Assembly (NCBI GenBank): GCA_023659865.1
Contig: JAGXON010000001.1
Coordinates: forward strand, 45,968 to 109,967
Direction of reading: 5' to 3'
Origin: Candidatus Diapherotrites archaeon LH_S9
GTDB lineage: Archaea > B1Sed10-29 > WALL01 > JAGXON01
DNA length: 64,000 nucleotides
Below the pieces are notes generated by a model. That model was given only the letters and a program-made list of their open reading frames with translations, made no database searches and was not told the DNA's origin. The position numbers were made by a program, and so were the translations under genes. Position 1 is the stretch's first letter. Every line of letters starts with the position of its first letter. Of this stretch, positions 1 to 9,391 are shown piece after piece.

Positions 1-642
1 AAAATTCTTTCCCAGCACGACATTTACTTTCCTTACTCCCCGCAATCTGTTTTATGGGCTCACAACAAGTTCAGCACGATGGAGGTGCTGAAGAGACATA
101 AGTTGCCTGTTCCGCAGACTTACATGGCGGTGAACACTTCTATCGCTAGAGACATAATGAAGGAAGTTGGTTTCCCTTTAATCGTTAAACTGCCTCAGGG
201 AGCTGGAGGTAAGGGCGTGATGTACATCGAGTCAGAAGCGTCTGCAGCCTCGTTGTTTGACACTCTTCACACTCTTGAGCAGCCTTTGTTCATCGAAGAA
301 TTTATTGAAAATCCTGGAGAAGACTTAAGAGTGTTCGTGATTGGTAACGACGCTTATGGCTACAAGCGAGTTGCTAAAGACGGGGAGAAGCGAGCTAACC
401 TGCATTCTGGGGGGAAGGTGGAGAAGTACAGTCTTTCTGAAGAAGAAAAAGAACTTGGTTTCAAGGCTGCCGAGGCAACGAATTGCGATATAGCTGGAGT
501 GGACTTGCTTCATGATCCGGAAGGAGAATCTTATTTAATCGAGGTCAATATTTCTCCTGGATTGAACGGTATTACGAAAGCTACTGGCAAGAACATAGCT
601 AAAAAGATCGTTGACTTCACTTACGATAAAGTAAAGAAGTGA
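1..642 (+). CDS. RimK-family ATP-grasp ligase, 5' end truncated by the window (alpha-L-glutamate ligase-like)
   Basis: The frame is open from position 1 and the product ends at 642. ATP-grasp motifs are present (GxGGKGV, EEFIENPGEDLRVFVIG, EVNISPGL). A DUF785-type partner gene follows immediately. Confidence 0.7.
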   Translation, partial: KILSQHDIYFPYSPQSVLWAHNKFSTMEVLKRHKLPVPQTYMAVNTSIARDIMKEVGFPLIVKLPQGAGGKGVMYIESEASAASLFDTLHTLEQPLFIEEFIENPGEDLRVFVIGNDAYGYKRVAKDGEKRANLHSGGKVEKYSLSEEEKELGFKAAEATNCDIAGVDLLHDPEGESYLIEVNISPGLNGITKATGKNIAKKIVDFTYDKVKK

Positions 643-1043
643 TTTGTATTAAGAAAACTATTGGGTTGACCGAGAAAGTCGTTGTAATCGGAGAAAAAGG
701 TTCGAAGGAAGTAGCTGCGATTTTCGATACCGGTGGAAAAACAACTTCTATAGACAAGAAAATTGCTGAAGAAGTCGGCTTAGGCAAAACTGTTGATACA
801 ACGGAAGTGAAGAACCCTTCTTACTCAGAGCCGATGGAGAGAGAAGTAAAGAAAGCAAAGATAAAGATAGGTGACGAAGTCTACGAAGTGAAAGCAAACA
901 TTCAGGACAGAAGCCATATGACTCACAAGGTTTTGATAGGTAGAAACATAATTCACGGTAACTACATTGTGGACGTTACTTTAAGTCACGAGAATCATAG
1001 CCGGGATTCCTTAAAGAAAAAAGAAGTCAGGAAATTACTCTGA
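639..1043 (+). CDS. RimK-associated putative zinc/aspartic protease-like protein (DUF785, retropepsin-like)
   Basis: It overlaps the rimK-like stop by 4 nt and is 134 aa. The protein resembles the ATP-dependent zinc protease domain (COG4067) usually paired with RimK. Confidence 0.5.
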   Translation: MICIKKTIGLTEKVVVIGEKGSKEVAAIFDTGGKTTSIDKKIAEEVGLGKTVDTTEVKNPSYSEPMEREVKKAKIKIGDEVYEVKANIQDRSHMTHKVLIGRNIIHGNYIVDVTLSHENHSRDSLKKKEVRKLL

Positions 1044-2840
1044 AAGCTTTTTGTCCCAGAGCCAGAACACGAAGAATCCGAAGAAGAACATGAAGAAAAG
1101 TAGTGCACCTCTGTTCTCGCTCAAGACTTTTCCTGACATCGGGAAGTTGAGTGAATTGTCTGGCTTTATCGTGAACTCCGTTGAATTAATGTTTCCAGTT
1201 AAATCAGCTGCAAAACACTTTACAACCGTTTCTTCTCCTGAACCCTTTATTTCTGTGCTGCAATTCTTTTCTCCTTCACAGGCCTTGCTTCCGTCAACCT
1301 TCATCCAGACTTTGCTTGCTTTCTGTGACTTGCAGGACACTGTTGTTTTTTCTTCAGGTTTCAGTAACTCTGGTGTTTCTTCCAGTTTTGCTTCCGGGGC
1401 TTCTGTATCCACTATCAAGTCCAGTTTCCTTTCGATCATGTTGTCTGCTTTATCGTAGCATTTGATGCTTATTGAGTGGTTTCCGTCCTCCAAAGATTTT
1501 TCGAAGCTTTTGACGAACGGTTTTTCCAAAGAGAAGTTAGCGTGTTTTTTTGAGTTGATTCTGACGAAGCACTTGACTTTTTCTGAAAGAGCGTCAGGCG
1601 TGTTGAACTCTATTTTGACTGGGTCTTGAAAAACTCTTTTTCCTAGTGGAAAAGTGAACGATAGTTCGGGCGGAGTATTATCGAGAGTGAAAGAAAACTT
1701 TTGAGAAGAGTTAATGTTTCCTGGTTCGTCTTCTGCTTTAACAAAGAAAGAGTGTTCTCCTTCTCCCATTTCACGTGTTCTGAACATGTAGCTCCATTCA
1801 CCTGCTACTTTCGTGGGCTCAACCGTCTTATTGCCTGAAACTAATTTTATGGAGCTGATGTTCGTTGACTCGTCTTTCGCTGAAACCCTGACTTCGACTT
1901 CAGCTGCTGAGTACTCTTGATTCCCTTTAAGCACTTTGACTTCAGGTGGCGTGTTGTCAACGATTATTTTTCTGGACAAAGTTCTTTTGTTCCCTGCTCT
2001 GTCGAACGCACTTACTGCTATCGAGAGTTCTCCGTCCGTGAACTCAGTTGAATCCAGCTGCGTTGACCACTGGCCTCGGTTGTCTTTTGTAAGATTGGTT
2101 TCCGTGTCTCCTGCCGTTGAATAAACTTCTAAAATTCCTGAAAGTTCGTCTGAAGAAGTTGCTTTAATGTAAAAGTCTTCTTTAACAGGTTCGTTTGCTG
2201 AAGGTGAAAGTATGTCAACTGACGGGGCTGAGAAGTCTGTTGAAAAAGTTTTTTCAGCTGATTCTCCTTTGTTTCCAGCTTCGTCTTCGCATTCTACTTT
2301 CCAGGAGTGCTCGCCTTCCTGTAGCAAGAACTCGTTTTTTTCTTCTTCTCCGGAACTGGTGCTGATTGTTCTCTTTTCTTCTTTGTCAACGAAGAGTTTG
2401 CAGGAGAGTTCTTCCGATAGTTCGTCGGTGGCGTTGAACGAGAGAGCCACCGGGTCTTGAGAGATCCATTTTTTTTCAGGGGAAAGCAGATTGATTTCTG
2501 GTCCTGAGTTATCGGAATAAAAGTAAATTTCTTCGGTTTCCGAGTCTGCTTTGACTTCAAAATAGTATTTTCCGTTGGAAAGAAATTCAGTGTTTATCTT
2601 GGTAGAGAATTCGGTCGTGAGCGGGTTGTTCCACGTGGTGTTGGTGCTGTAAGTGGAGTTGAATACCTTAAATGTGACTTGAGATGGATTGGAGTCTGTT
2701 TCTGCTTTGAATTGCGTTTTGCCTGAAACGAATTGTTTCTTGTCTGGAAACGTTATCTGCAGTGCTGCTGCAGTGCTGAACATAAGGATGACAGAAATTG
2801 CGAAGATCGCTTGTTTTCTCATATTTAATTTAGGTTCCAA
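1035..2840 (-). CDS. Large surface protein with a signal peptide, repeated Ig-like/CARDB-like beta-sandwich modules and a C-terminal TM anchor
   Basis: The N-terminus is hydrophobic (MRKQAIFAISVILMFSTAAA). Repeated motifs (DNTPPE, DFSAPSVDILSP, DTEAPEAKLEE) mark separate domains. The protein ends in a hydrophobic stretch followed by KK. Confidence 0.55.
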   Translation of the reverse strand: MEPKLNMRKQAIFAISVILMFSTAAALQITFPDKKQFVSGKTQFKAETDSNPSQVTFKVFNSTYSTNTTWNNPLTTEFSTKINTEFLSNGKYYFEVKADSETEEIYFYSDNSGPEINLLSPEKKWISQDPVALSFNATDELSEELSCKLFVDKEEKRTISTSSGEEEKNEFLLQEGEHSWKVECEDEAGNKGESAEKTFSTDFSAPSVDILSPSANEPVKEDFYIKATSSDELSGILEVYSTAGDTETNLTKDNRGQWSTQLDSTEFTDGELSIAVSAFDRAGNKRTLSRKIIVDNTPPEVKVLKGNQEYSAAEVEVRVSAKDESTNISSIKLVSGNKTVEPTKVAGEWSYMFRTREMGEGEHSFFVKAEDEPGNINSSQKFSFTLDNTPPELSFTFPLGKRVFQDPVKIEFNTPDALSEKVKCFVRINSKKHANFSLEKPFVKSFEKSLEDGNHSISIKCYDKADNMIERKLDLIVDTEAPEAKLEETPELLKPEEKTTVSCKSQKASKVWMKVDGSKACEGEKNCSTEIKGSGEETVVKCFAADLTGNINSTEFTIKPDNSLNFPMSGKVLSENRGALLFFMFFFGFFVFWLWDKKLSE

Positions 2841-2859
2841 CTGGTTTTTAATTTTACTG

Positions 2860-3525
2860 TTATTTCATGAAAGAAAGGTATTCTTTTATTTCTTCTGAGC
2901 TTATGCTGCATCCGGCGAACCTTACTCCGTAAAGAGCTGCTTCAAGAACTTTTTCTGGTTCCCCGTACCTGTCTAGAAGGCCTTGTTCGTAGGCGTAGGC
3001 AACTATTTCGCTGGATCGGATTACTGAAACGTTCTTGAATTCTTCCATTATTTTCTTGGCTTTGTCTTCGTCCATGTCTATCTGGAACTTGTGTTTTTCT
3101 TCCAGGTATTTTTGTAGCATGTTAAGATCTTCGATTAATAGTCTTGTTGTCCTTTCGTCAAGCATCACGGCGTGAGCGTCCATTTCCTTCAGTAGTGCGA
3201 CCATTTCTGCTTCTCCGCCGTGGACGATGCTTAAGTTCTTCCCTTTGTGGGAGAACAAGGAGTTTGCCATGTTGCTTAGTCTTCTTGCTTCTTTCTTTAC
3301 TTCTTCTTCTCCGACTACTTCGATCATTTCTTCAACGAACTTGGATAACCTAATTGCTTTTAGCTCGAATTTCTTGGTTTTGAGTGGTTTGTCGACGAGT
3401 TCTTCCTTGACTTTTGGAGGGATGAATATCTCTGGTTTTATTTCAGGAATCAGCCAGAGCAAGCAGCATTCGCTGAGGGAGATGAGTGGTCCTGTGTCCG
3501 AGATTATTTTTTTATTCATCTTCAT
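2860..3525 (-). CDS. PIN-like nucleic-acid-binding protein (COG2405/DUF3368-like)
   Basis: The N-terminal IISDTGPLISL...PPKVKEEL pattern is typical of the DUF3368 PIN-like family. The C-terminal ~70 aa is an extension beyond the usual domain. Confidence 0.4.
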   Translation of the reverse strand: MKMNKKIISDTGPLISLSECCLLWLIPEIKPEIFIPPKVKEELVDKPLKTKKFELKAIRLSKFVEEMIEVVGEEEVKKEARRLSNMANSLFSHKGKNLSIVHGGEAEMVALLKEMDAHAVMLDERTTRLLIEDLNMLQKYLEEKHKFQIDMDEDKAKKIMEEFKNVSVIRSSEIVAYAYEQGLLDRYGEPEKVLEAALYGVRFAGCSISSEEIKEYLSFMK

Positions 3526-4072
3526 CCTTCTCGAAAAGTTTTTTGGTTTCCCTGTATCTTTTTTCAGCTTTTTTTGACACGGAGTGCTTCATGTCCGGGA
3601 TGTTAGTGGTTCCGATGTACGAGTATAGCTTGAACAAATCTGCTCCTGTTAGTGAAGCTGCTTTGTCGAAAGATAATCCCATTGCGTAGGCTCTTGATGC
3701 CTGTTTTACTTTAATGTGGTCCACGATGTTTCTGGCGTAGTTGCCGTAGTTTTCGTCTATCTCGTATATGTCTCGAATTACGTCTTTTTTAAGAATGCCT
3801 TTCAGGTCTCTTTCTTCTTTAGACATTCTAACGCTTTCTTTCAGGTCTTTTCGAACGTCTTCCAGGAACTTTCCCCATTTCTCTGTTTCCTGAAAGTGGA
3901 TTTTGGACAAGAGCTTGTATAGAGCGTAAGCTATTATTGATATGTAAACCAGTTCTTTTTCTGAGGTCATTGAAGCTTTTTCTATTGCCTTGTTACTGAT
4001 GTCTTTTAGTCTAGTCATGTTTCTTTGTTCAAACGCGTTCTCCAGCTCTTTTATGAATTCTTTTGTTTCCAT
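3512..4072 (-). CDS. Hypothetical protein (186 aa, helical), overlapping the downstream PIN-like gene
   Basis: ORF only, with a 14-nt overlap with 2860-3525. No motif was recognised. Confidence 0.35.
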   Translation of the reverse strand: METKEFIKELENAFEQRNMTRLKDISNKAIEKASMTSEKELVYISIIAYALYKLLSKIHFQETEKWGKFLEDVRKDLKESVRMSKEERDLKGILKKDVIRDIYEIDENYGNYARNIVDHIKVKQASRAYAMGLSFDKAASLTGADLFKLYSYIGTTNIPDMKHSVSKKAEKRYRETKKLFEKDEDE

Positions 4073-5095
4073 TCACGACCACTTGTTCAGCCTGGACTGT
4101 TTTCCAGTTAAGTCAACGTTCCTTTTAATTCTTTCAACTGCTTTCCTAACTCTTCCTTCAGAGAAATCGTGCTCTCCTGACAAGAATTCTACAGTGTTTT
4201 CTTCGTCGGCTTCTTCCCACGAGATATCGTAGTCTTCGGTCACGTCAGGGTTTTTGAAAAGCTCTCGAATGTGTTCAAGACCTTCTGCCTCCAAATCGTT
4301 TTCTTCGAAAACTTCTTCAGCTTTCTTTCCTTCCCTGACTTTCTTCAAAGCTGTTTTCGGACCCACCCCCTTTATTCCTTCGTGGTAATCAGTTCCAATC
4401 ATGAGCGCTATCTCTATGAGTTCTTCTTTCCTTATCCCGAGCTCTTCTTCAACTTCTTTTAACTTCAAGAGCTCTGGCTTGATAGTTTTGTAAGCATTTT
4501 TGCCAGGTATTTTTCTTCTTCCAGTGACAGTCATGTTCCGCACGAGTGCCGGTGCTCCGAAGAGCATGACGTCAAAATCCTGTGAACCAACAGCCCAAGC
4601 GTCTCCTGCTTCAGCTATTTCTGATGCTTGTGCTTCTCCTTCTGAAGGTGCTTGAACTGAAGGTATTCCTAGATGATCTAAAAGTTCTTTTGATTGCGCC
4701 ACCATCTTTTTAGAGAGCGAGGTTGCTTGCTGAGCGTGCTTCCTGGCCTCTTTTTCTTTTCCTTTCTCTAGGGCTTCTTCCCATTTCTCTCTGGCTTTCT
4801 TCCTGATTTTAACTCTTTTTTTTAGTTCTTCAGATTTTTTTTCAGGCGGTTCTCCATCGAAAACGAACACGGGTTTTATGCCGTTTTCTGTAAGTCTAGA
4901 GGTTCTGTAGAGCAAGCCGCTCAAGTGCGACGTGATTTCTCCTTCGGAGTTGGTTAAAGGAGATCCGTCTCTTTGCCTGATTATCGCTAGGAATTGATAA
5001 AGAGTGTTGTATGCGTCTATAGCGATTATTCTTCCGTTCAGTGCTTCTAGTTCTGTTTCTTTTGCAGGAAGAATGTCCCCTAAATCGACTCCCAT
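4073..5095 (-). CDS. fen: Flap endonuclease 1 (FEN-1)
   Basis: N-domain (GRIIAIDAYNTLYQFL), I-domain and H3TH regions are present. The C-terminus has a PIP-like tail. Length is 340 aa. Confidence 0.85.
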   Translation of the reverse strand: MGVDLGDILPAKETELEALNGRIIAIDAYNTLYQFLAIIRQRDGSPLTNSEGEITSHLSGLLYRTSRLTENGIKPVFVFDGEPPEKKSEELKKRVKIRKKAREKWEEALEKGKEKEARKHAQQATSLSKKMVAQSKELLDHLGIPSVQAPSEGEAQASEIAEAGDAWAVGSQDFDVMLFGAPALVRNMTVTGRRKIPGKNAYKTIKPELLKLKEVEEELGIRKEELIEIALMIGTDYHEGIKGVGPKTALKKVREGKKAEEVFEENDLEAEGLEHIRELFKNPDVTEDYDISWEEADEENTVEFLSGEHDFSEGRVRKAVERIKRNVDLTGKQSRLNKWS

Positions 5096-5136
5096 GAAAG
5101 AGTAATAGGTTCAGTTCAGTTAAAATAGTTGGGGGT

Positions 5137-5511
5137 TTAACCCGAGAGCGGTGTCCCATTTCCTTTTTCTCTTAGCATTAAGAACGCAATCACTAACCCG
5201 ATAGCTACCAGGAAACCTACTGAAACGAATCCGCCTCCTAGTACCATTAACCCTGTTACTGGTACTGAAGGAACTGATTCTGAGCTGAAAGACTGTGTTT
5301 CCTCTGTTCTCGCGGAGGTAATGCAGTCAGAGCAGTTTCCTAGTTCTTTTTCTCCAGCTGTGCATGCTCCGTCTTCATAGCACTGTACTTCTCCGGATAT
5401 TGAGCAGTCTGGACAAGACTTGGTTTCTTTTGAAAGATCACAAATATTGTCGTAGTTGCATGCTGCGAACGCTGTTGAAAGTATCACGAGCAAAGCTAGT
5501 AACTTTTTCAT
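5137..5511 (-). CDS. Small secreted Cys-rich protein with a C-terminal TM anchor
   Basis: There is a signal peptide, eight Cys in the N-terminal half, a Ser/Pro linker and a C-terminal hydrophobic segment followed by REKG. Confidence 0.4.
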   Translation of the reverse strand: MKKLLALLVILSTAFAACNYDNICDLSKETKSCPDCSISGEVQCYEDGACTAGEKELGNCSDCITSARTEETQSFSSESVPSVPVTGLMVLGGGFVSVGFLVAIGLVIAFLMLREKGNGTPLSG

Positions 5512-5553
5512 GTTACTATCTTTTGGGTAAATAATTTATTAAAGCCTTTCTTT

Positions 5554-6852
5554 TTGATTAGTGTGAGACTCATGAACAAATTTGTAGACCTTGATTACGT
5601 GCCAAAAAAAGAGGATTTGATATGCGAGTTCAGCGTGGAACCTTCTGAAAACCTTTCAATGAAAGAAGCTTGCAACAGAATCGCTAAAGAATCATCTATA
5701 GGTACTTGGACGCACGTAGAGCACTTGAACAAAGAAAAAAGAGATAAATTAAGAGCAAGAGTTTACTCGATAGACGGGAACACCGCAAAAGTTGCTTACC
5801 CCCCTGAACTATTTGAAAAAACGAATGTTCCGGGAACACTTGCATCAATAGCTGGAAACATTTTTGGCATGAAAGCACTCAAGAACCTCAGGCTCGAAGA
5901 CGTTTACATCCCTGCATCAATAGACAACGCATTCGAAGGACCGAGATACGGGATTAAAGGAATCAGAGACACTTTCGGAATTGAAGAAAGACCGTTAATA
6001 GGAACAATAGTCAAGCCAAAAGTCGGTCTGAGCTCAGAACAGCACGCTAACATTGCCTTCGAGGCCTGGAAAGGGGGTTGCGATGTTGTGAAAGATGACG
6101 AGAACCTCGTGAACCAGGATTTCAACAAGTTCGAGGAAAGACTTGATCTAACTCTGGAGAAAAGAAAAAAAGCAGAGGAAGAAACCAGTGAAACAAAGGG
6201 CTACATGCCGAACGTGACCGCAGAAACCGAGGAAATGCTGAAGAGAGCGGAGCTCGTGAAAGAAAAAGGCGGCAGATACATGATGATCGACATAGTCACC
6301 GCTGGCTGGAGCGCGCTACAGACTTTAAGGAAACACGGTCCTGACCTACGGATTCACGCTCACAGAGCAATGCACGCTGCCTTGACAAAGAACAAGAAGC
6401 ACGGCATTTCAATGCTCACGATCGCGAAGTTCGCCAGACTCATTGGCGTTGACCAACTACATATTGGAACAGCTGTCGGCAAGATGGAGGGAGAGCCAAC
6501 CGATATCTGGGAAATAGAGCAAGAAGTAGAGAACAAAATAGTTAGAAAGCATGAGGACGATCACGTTCTTGCAGAAGACTGGAGAGACATAAAACCAGTT
6601 TTTGCTGTCAGTTCAGGAGGACTTCACCCTGGACTCGTTCAGCCTTTAATGCAGCTACTGGGAAAAAACATCATTATTCAGGCTGGAGGAGGAATCCACG
6701 GCCATCCAGACGGAACTCGTGCTGGAGCAAGAGCTATGAGGCAAGCTATTGATGCTAGGATGAAAGGAATTGATGTAGAGGAATACGCTGAAGACAGCGA
6801 GGAACTGAAGAAAGCTCTTGACTTATGGGGCGCAGGAAAGACTTACAAGTGA
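5554..6852 (+). CDS. rbcL: Ribulose-1,5-bisphosphate carboxylase large subunit, archaeal form III (or II/III)
   Basis: Motifs include GTWT, KPKVGLS, CDVVKDDENL and AGGGIHGHPDG. Form-III-type insertions are present. The true start may be the internal Met at 5572. Confidence 0.85.
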   Translation: MISVRLMNKFVDLDYVPKKEDLICEFSVEPSENLSMKEACNRIAKESSIGTWTHVEHLNKEKRDKLRARVYSIDGNTAKVAYPPELFEKTNVPGTLASIAGNIFGMKALKNLRLEDVYIPASIDNAFEGPRYGIKGIRDTFGIEERPLIGTIVKPKVGLSSEQHANIAFEAWKGGCDVVKDDENLVNQDFNKFEERLDLTLEKRKKAEEETSETKGYMPNVTAETEEMLKRAELVKEKGGRYMMIDIVTAGWSALQTLRKHGPDLRIHAHRAMHAALTKNKKHGISMLTIAKFARLIGVDQLHIGTAVGKMEGEPTDIWEIEQEVENKIVRKHEDDHVLAEDWRDIKPVFAVSSGGLHPGLVQPLMQLLGKNIIIQAGGGIHGHPDGTRAGARAMRQAIDARMKGIDVEEYAEDSEELKKALDLWGAGKTYK

Positions 6853-6857
6853 TTAAA

Positions 6858-7307
6858 ATGGATTTTGAGAGAGATTGGAAATCAGATTTGAAGGATCGAT
6901 TGCAGGATAACAAGAAAAGAATAGTTGTAGTACTGATAATGATTTTGATGATCGTGTTCCTAGGGTTTTCCGCGAGGACCGCGACCACTACAAAGCCTCT
7001 GGAGCTTAGTTTCCGTAAAAATGATTTGAGTTCAGGAAAAGGAACCACTCTGGAAGTAAGAGTGAACAACATTTACGATGAGGACCTGGATGAGATAACT
7101 GTTTCAGTAAAGCCTGAGAGCAAGGCACTCACTTTTGGTGAAGAAGAAGTAGAGGAAAGTAATGTTGGAGCTGGATCTTACCGAAAGTTTTTTCTCCCGT
7201 TCACTGTTTCTCAGAACGCTACTGCTGGAAGATACAAAGTCAGTGCCACTGCTGAATTAGGTTCTCATGACGTTAGTTCAGTTGCTTACTTGGTTGTAGA
7301 AGACTGA
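6858..7307 (+). CDS. Membrane-anchored protein with a CARDB-like beta-sandwich domain
   Basis: An N-terminal TM helix is followed by a TLEVRVNN...ITVSV domain. I chose the start at 6858, just after the rbcL stop. Confidence 0.4.
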   Translation: MDFERDWKSDLKDRLQDNKKRIVVVLIMILMIVFLGFSARTATTTKPLELSFRKNDLSSGKGTTLEVRVNNIYDEDLDEITVSVKPESKALTFGEEEVEESNVGAGSYRKFFLPFTVSQNATAGRYKVSATAELGSHDVSSVAYLVVED

Positions 7308-7309
7308 TT

Positions 7310-7744
7310 CTAGTCTATGTCGACTTGAACGCCTTCGTCTTCAGTTTCTTCCCGTTCTTTTTTTGGTATCGTGATCTCTAGTACTCCGTTGTTGAACTTG
7401 CTTTCTGCTTTTTCTGAGAATACTTTTGCGGGAAGAGACACGGATCTTTTGAAAACGCTTTTTGATCTTTCTTTGTATTGGTAGTTCTCTTCCTGTTCTT
7501 CTGTAGCTTCTTCTGAACCTGCTTCAATCACTAAAGTGTCTTCAGTGCACCTGACATCGACGTCTTCTTTTTTGACTCCAGGTACTTCTGCGATCACTAT
7601 TACTTTGTCTTTTTTTTCCACGATGTCGATCGGAGGAGTTCTGAAACCGATTTCCGCGCGAGATCTTTTACCTAAAGCGTCTTTGAACATCGAATTCATT
7701 CTTTTCTGCATTCTTTCCATTTTCTCGAAAGGATCCCATACCAT
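7310..7744 (-). CDS. Small heat shock protein, Hsp20/alpha-crystallin family
   Basis: The alpha-crystallin domain signature is present (PPIDIVEKKDKVIVIAEVPGVKKEDVDV ... GVLEITIPK). Confidence 0.8.
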   Translation of the reverse strand: MVWDPFEKMERMQKRMNSMFKDALGKRSRAEIGFRTPPIDIVEKKDKVIVIAEVPGVKKEDVDVRCTEDTLVIEAGSEEATEEQEENYQYKERSKSVFKRSVSLPAKVFSEKAESKFNNGVLEITIPKKEREETEDEGVQVDID

Positions 7745-7791
7745 GTTATCACCTATAGAAAATAGTTGGTCAAAAAACTATAAAAATCTTT

Positions 7792-8103
7792 CTAGTCCCG
7801 GTTAGCTTTCTTAATCCATCTTCGGGCCTTGGCAAAACTTAGGTTTATCACGATTTCTAAGTCGTTCTCATCGTTAAGCAGGATTTCTTGAACTATTCCG
7901 CCCCGGTTCAAGAGAACTGGTTCTTCTAACTCCTGGTTTGATCTCATTCCTAGTGCTCTTTTCGTCATTTCTCTTAAAACTATTCCAGCACAATCGTCGC
8001 AAATCACGTACTCGTTCTCTAGCTCTTTCTGAGCGTTCTTTTCCTTAAGCTTCCATTGATAAGTGGGTTCTTTCTCAGATTTGCATAAACCGCAGTAAAC
8101 CAT
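7792..8103 (-). CDS. Small zinc-ribbon protein, hypothetical
   Basis: Two CxxC pairs are present (CGLC ... CDDC). The ORF is 103 aa. Confidence 0.35.
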   Translation of the reverse strand: MVYCGLCKSEKEPTYQWKLKEKNAQKELENEYVICDDCAGIVLREMTKRALGMRSNQELEEPVLLNRGGIVQEILLNDENDLEIVINLSFAKARRWIKKANRD

Positions 8104-8145
8104 TTGGTTTCATTAACTCACTTGATGTATAAAAAGTTACTTGAC

Positions 8146-9357
8146 TTAAGTTTCTTCAGTCTTTATGTAAGTTATCCTCACTCTGAATTCGCGGTTAGTA
8201 GCGTCTAAGATATCTCGCTGGATTTTTTGCTTGAATCCTGAAGGAGGACTCTGAGTTGAGAGCACTTCAAGAGTCACTTCAGCTTCATCAAAGTCTACGT
8301 TGAATTCTTTTAAAGAACCATTGATAAGGGCAACGTTTTCGTTAACTTCACTGCGTATATTGTTCTTCAGTTGTGATTTCTGGAAAGAAATGTACGAGGT
8401 GTAAGCGAAAGGTACTGAGAAAAGAATTAAAAGCAATGTAGCTACTTTTATGTGGGTGGAGAAAAGTTTTTCCGTAACTTTCACAAGTCCGGACAAGTAA
8501 AATACTAGTCCTCCCCCAATATCTATTGCCAGGCAGTTCACAACAATCACGAGAGCAGTTGAACCAATCAAGTCAACTCCAGTCCTACCGACCATAAAAG
8601 AAAATATGTTTATTCCAAGCGCAGCTATAGGAGGTACTAATGCAGCAGCTATTGCTACTCCTGCAAGCTTCTCGCTTATTTCCGAGATCATGGAAACTCC
8701 AGCTATGAATCCTGCAACTAGAGCAATGGCAACGGTAAGTATGTCCAGTTGAGAAATGCTCATTATCAATGGATTAAGCTGGGGCCAAGGAATAATCAAA
8801 TTGACTAGAAAAGCTGATATTGCGCCAAGGAAGACCGCTACTCCTACTGCTGCTACTCCCCTCAGAAAAAGAATCAGGTCCCCAGCGATAGTTCCGATAG
8901 AAACTGTCATTATCGGTCTTAGTATCGGGAAGATGACCATGGCTCCGATGATGACTACTACGTTTCCTTGAAGTAAGCCAAGAGTTGCTAGTGCAGCTGT
9001 GAGCACGCAGAGTGCCATGTAAGTTAGGGTTATTGATGTTGATTGGTATGCTTCTGCTTTCAGTTCCTCGAAAGGTACTTTTTCGGATTCTTCTCCAGTT
9101 TCCTCTATCCCCGTGAAAGGCTTTTCAGCATTCCAGATCCTTGTGTCGGTTGTTATTCCTTCTTCTTTACTGTAGTTCCCTATTTTCTCGATTATTTCGT
9201 CTACTTTTTCTTTTTCTACTGTTATAGTTACCACGTCTTTATCGCCTTCTGGACTTCCAGCTTTCAGGACCATGGAGTCTTCTGCTCCTTCCCTGTTAGC
9301 TATTTCAGCGATTGCTTTGCCTTCTCCAGATGCCGTGGAAACTTCGATTTTTCTCAT
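8146..9357 (-). CDS. DUF389-family membrane protein (uncharacterized hydrophobic domain)
   Basis: A soluble N-domain is followed by a multi-TM region containing the IGAMVIFPILRP motif, which resembles the DUF389 signature. Confidence 0.45.
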   Translation of the reverse strand: MRKIEVSTASGEGKAIAEIANREGAEDSMVLKAGSPEGDKDVVTITVEKEKVDEIIEKIGNYSKEEGITTDTRIWNAEKPFTGIEETGEESEKVPFEELKAEAYQSTSITLTYMALCVLTAALATLGLLQGNVVVIIGAMVIFPILRPIMTVSIGTIAGDLILFLRGVAAVGVAVFLGAISAFLVNLIIPWPQLNPLIMSISQLDILTVAIALVAGFIAGVSMISEISEKLAGVAIAAALVPPIAALGINIFSFMVGRTGVDLIGSTALVIVVNCLAIDIGGGLVFYLSGLVKVTEKLFSTHIKVATLLLILFSVPFAYTSYISFQKSQLKNNIRSEVNENVALINGSLKEFNVDFDEAEVTLEVLSTQSPPSGFKQKIQRDILDATNREFRVRITYIKTEET

Positions 9358-9391
9358 TAATTAAGTAGAAATAGAGTTTGCTTAAAAAAGT

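Noticed and set aside
5137-5511. Possible PGF-CTERM archaeosortase signal on the small Cys-rich protein
   Set aside because: The C-terminal region reads PVTGLMVLGGGF and lacks the Pro-Gly-Phe tripeptide placement and basic tail of PGF-CTERM. I treat it as a plain TM anchor.
5554-5571. Upstream start (MISVRL) for rbcL given by the ORF track
   Set aside because: It may be real. But form III RuBisCO N-termini usually begin near the MNKFVDLDY motif, so I flag 5572 as an alternative start. The gene call is unchanged.
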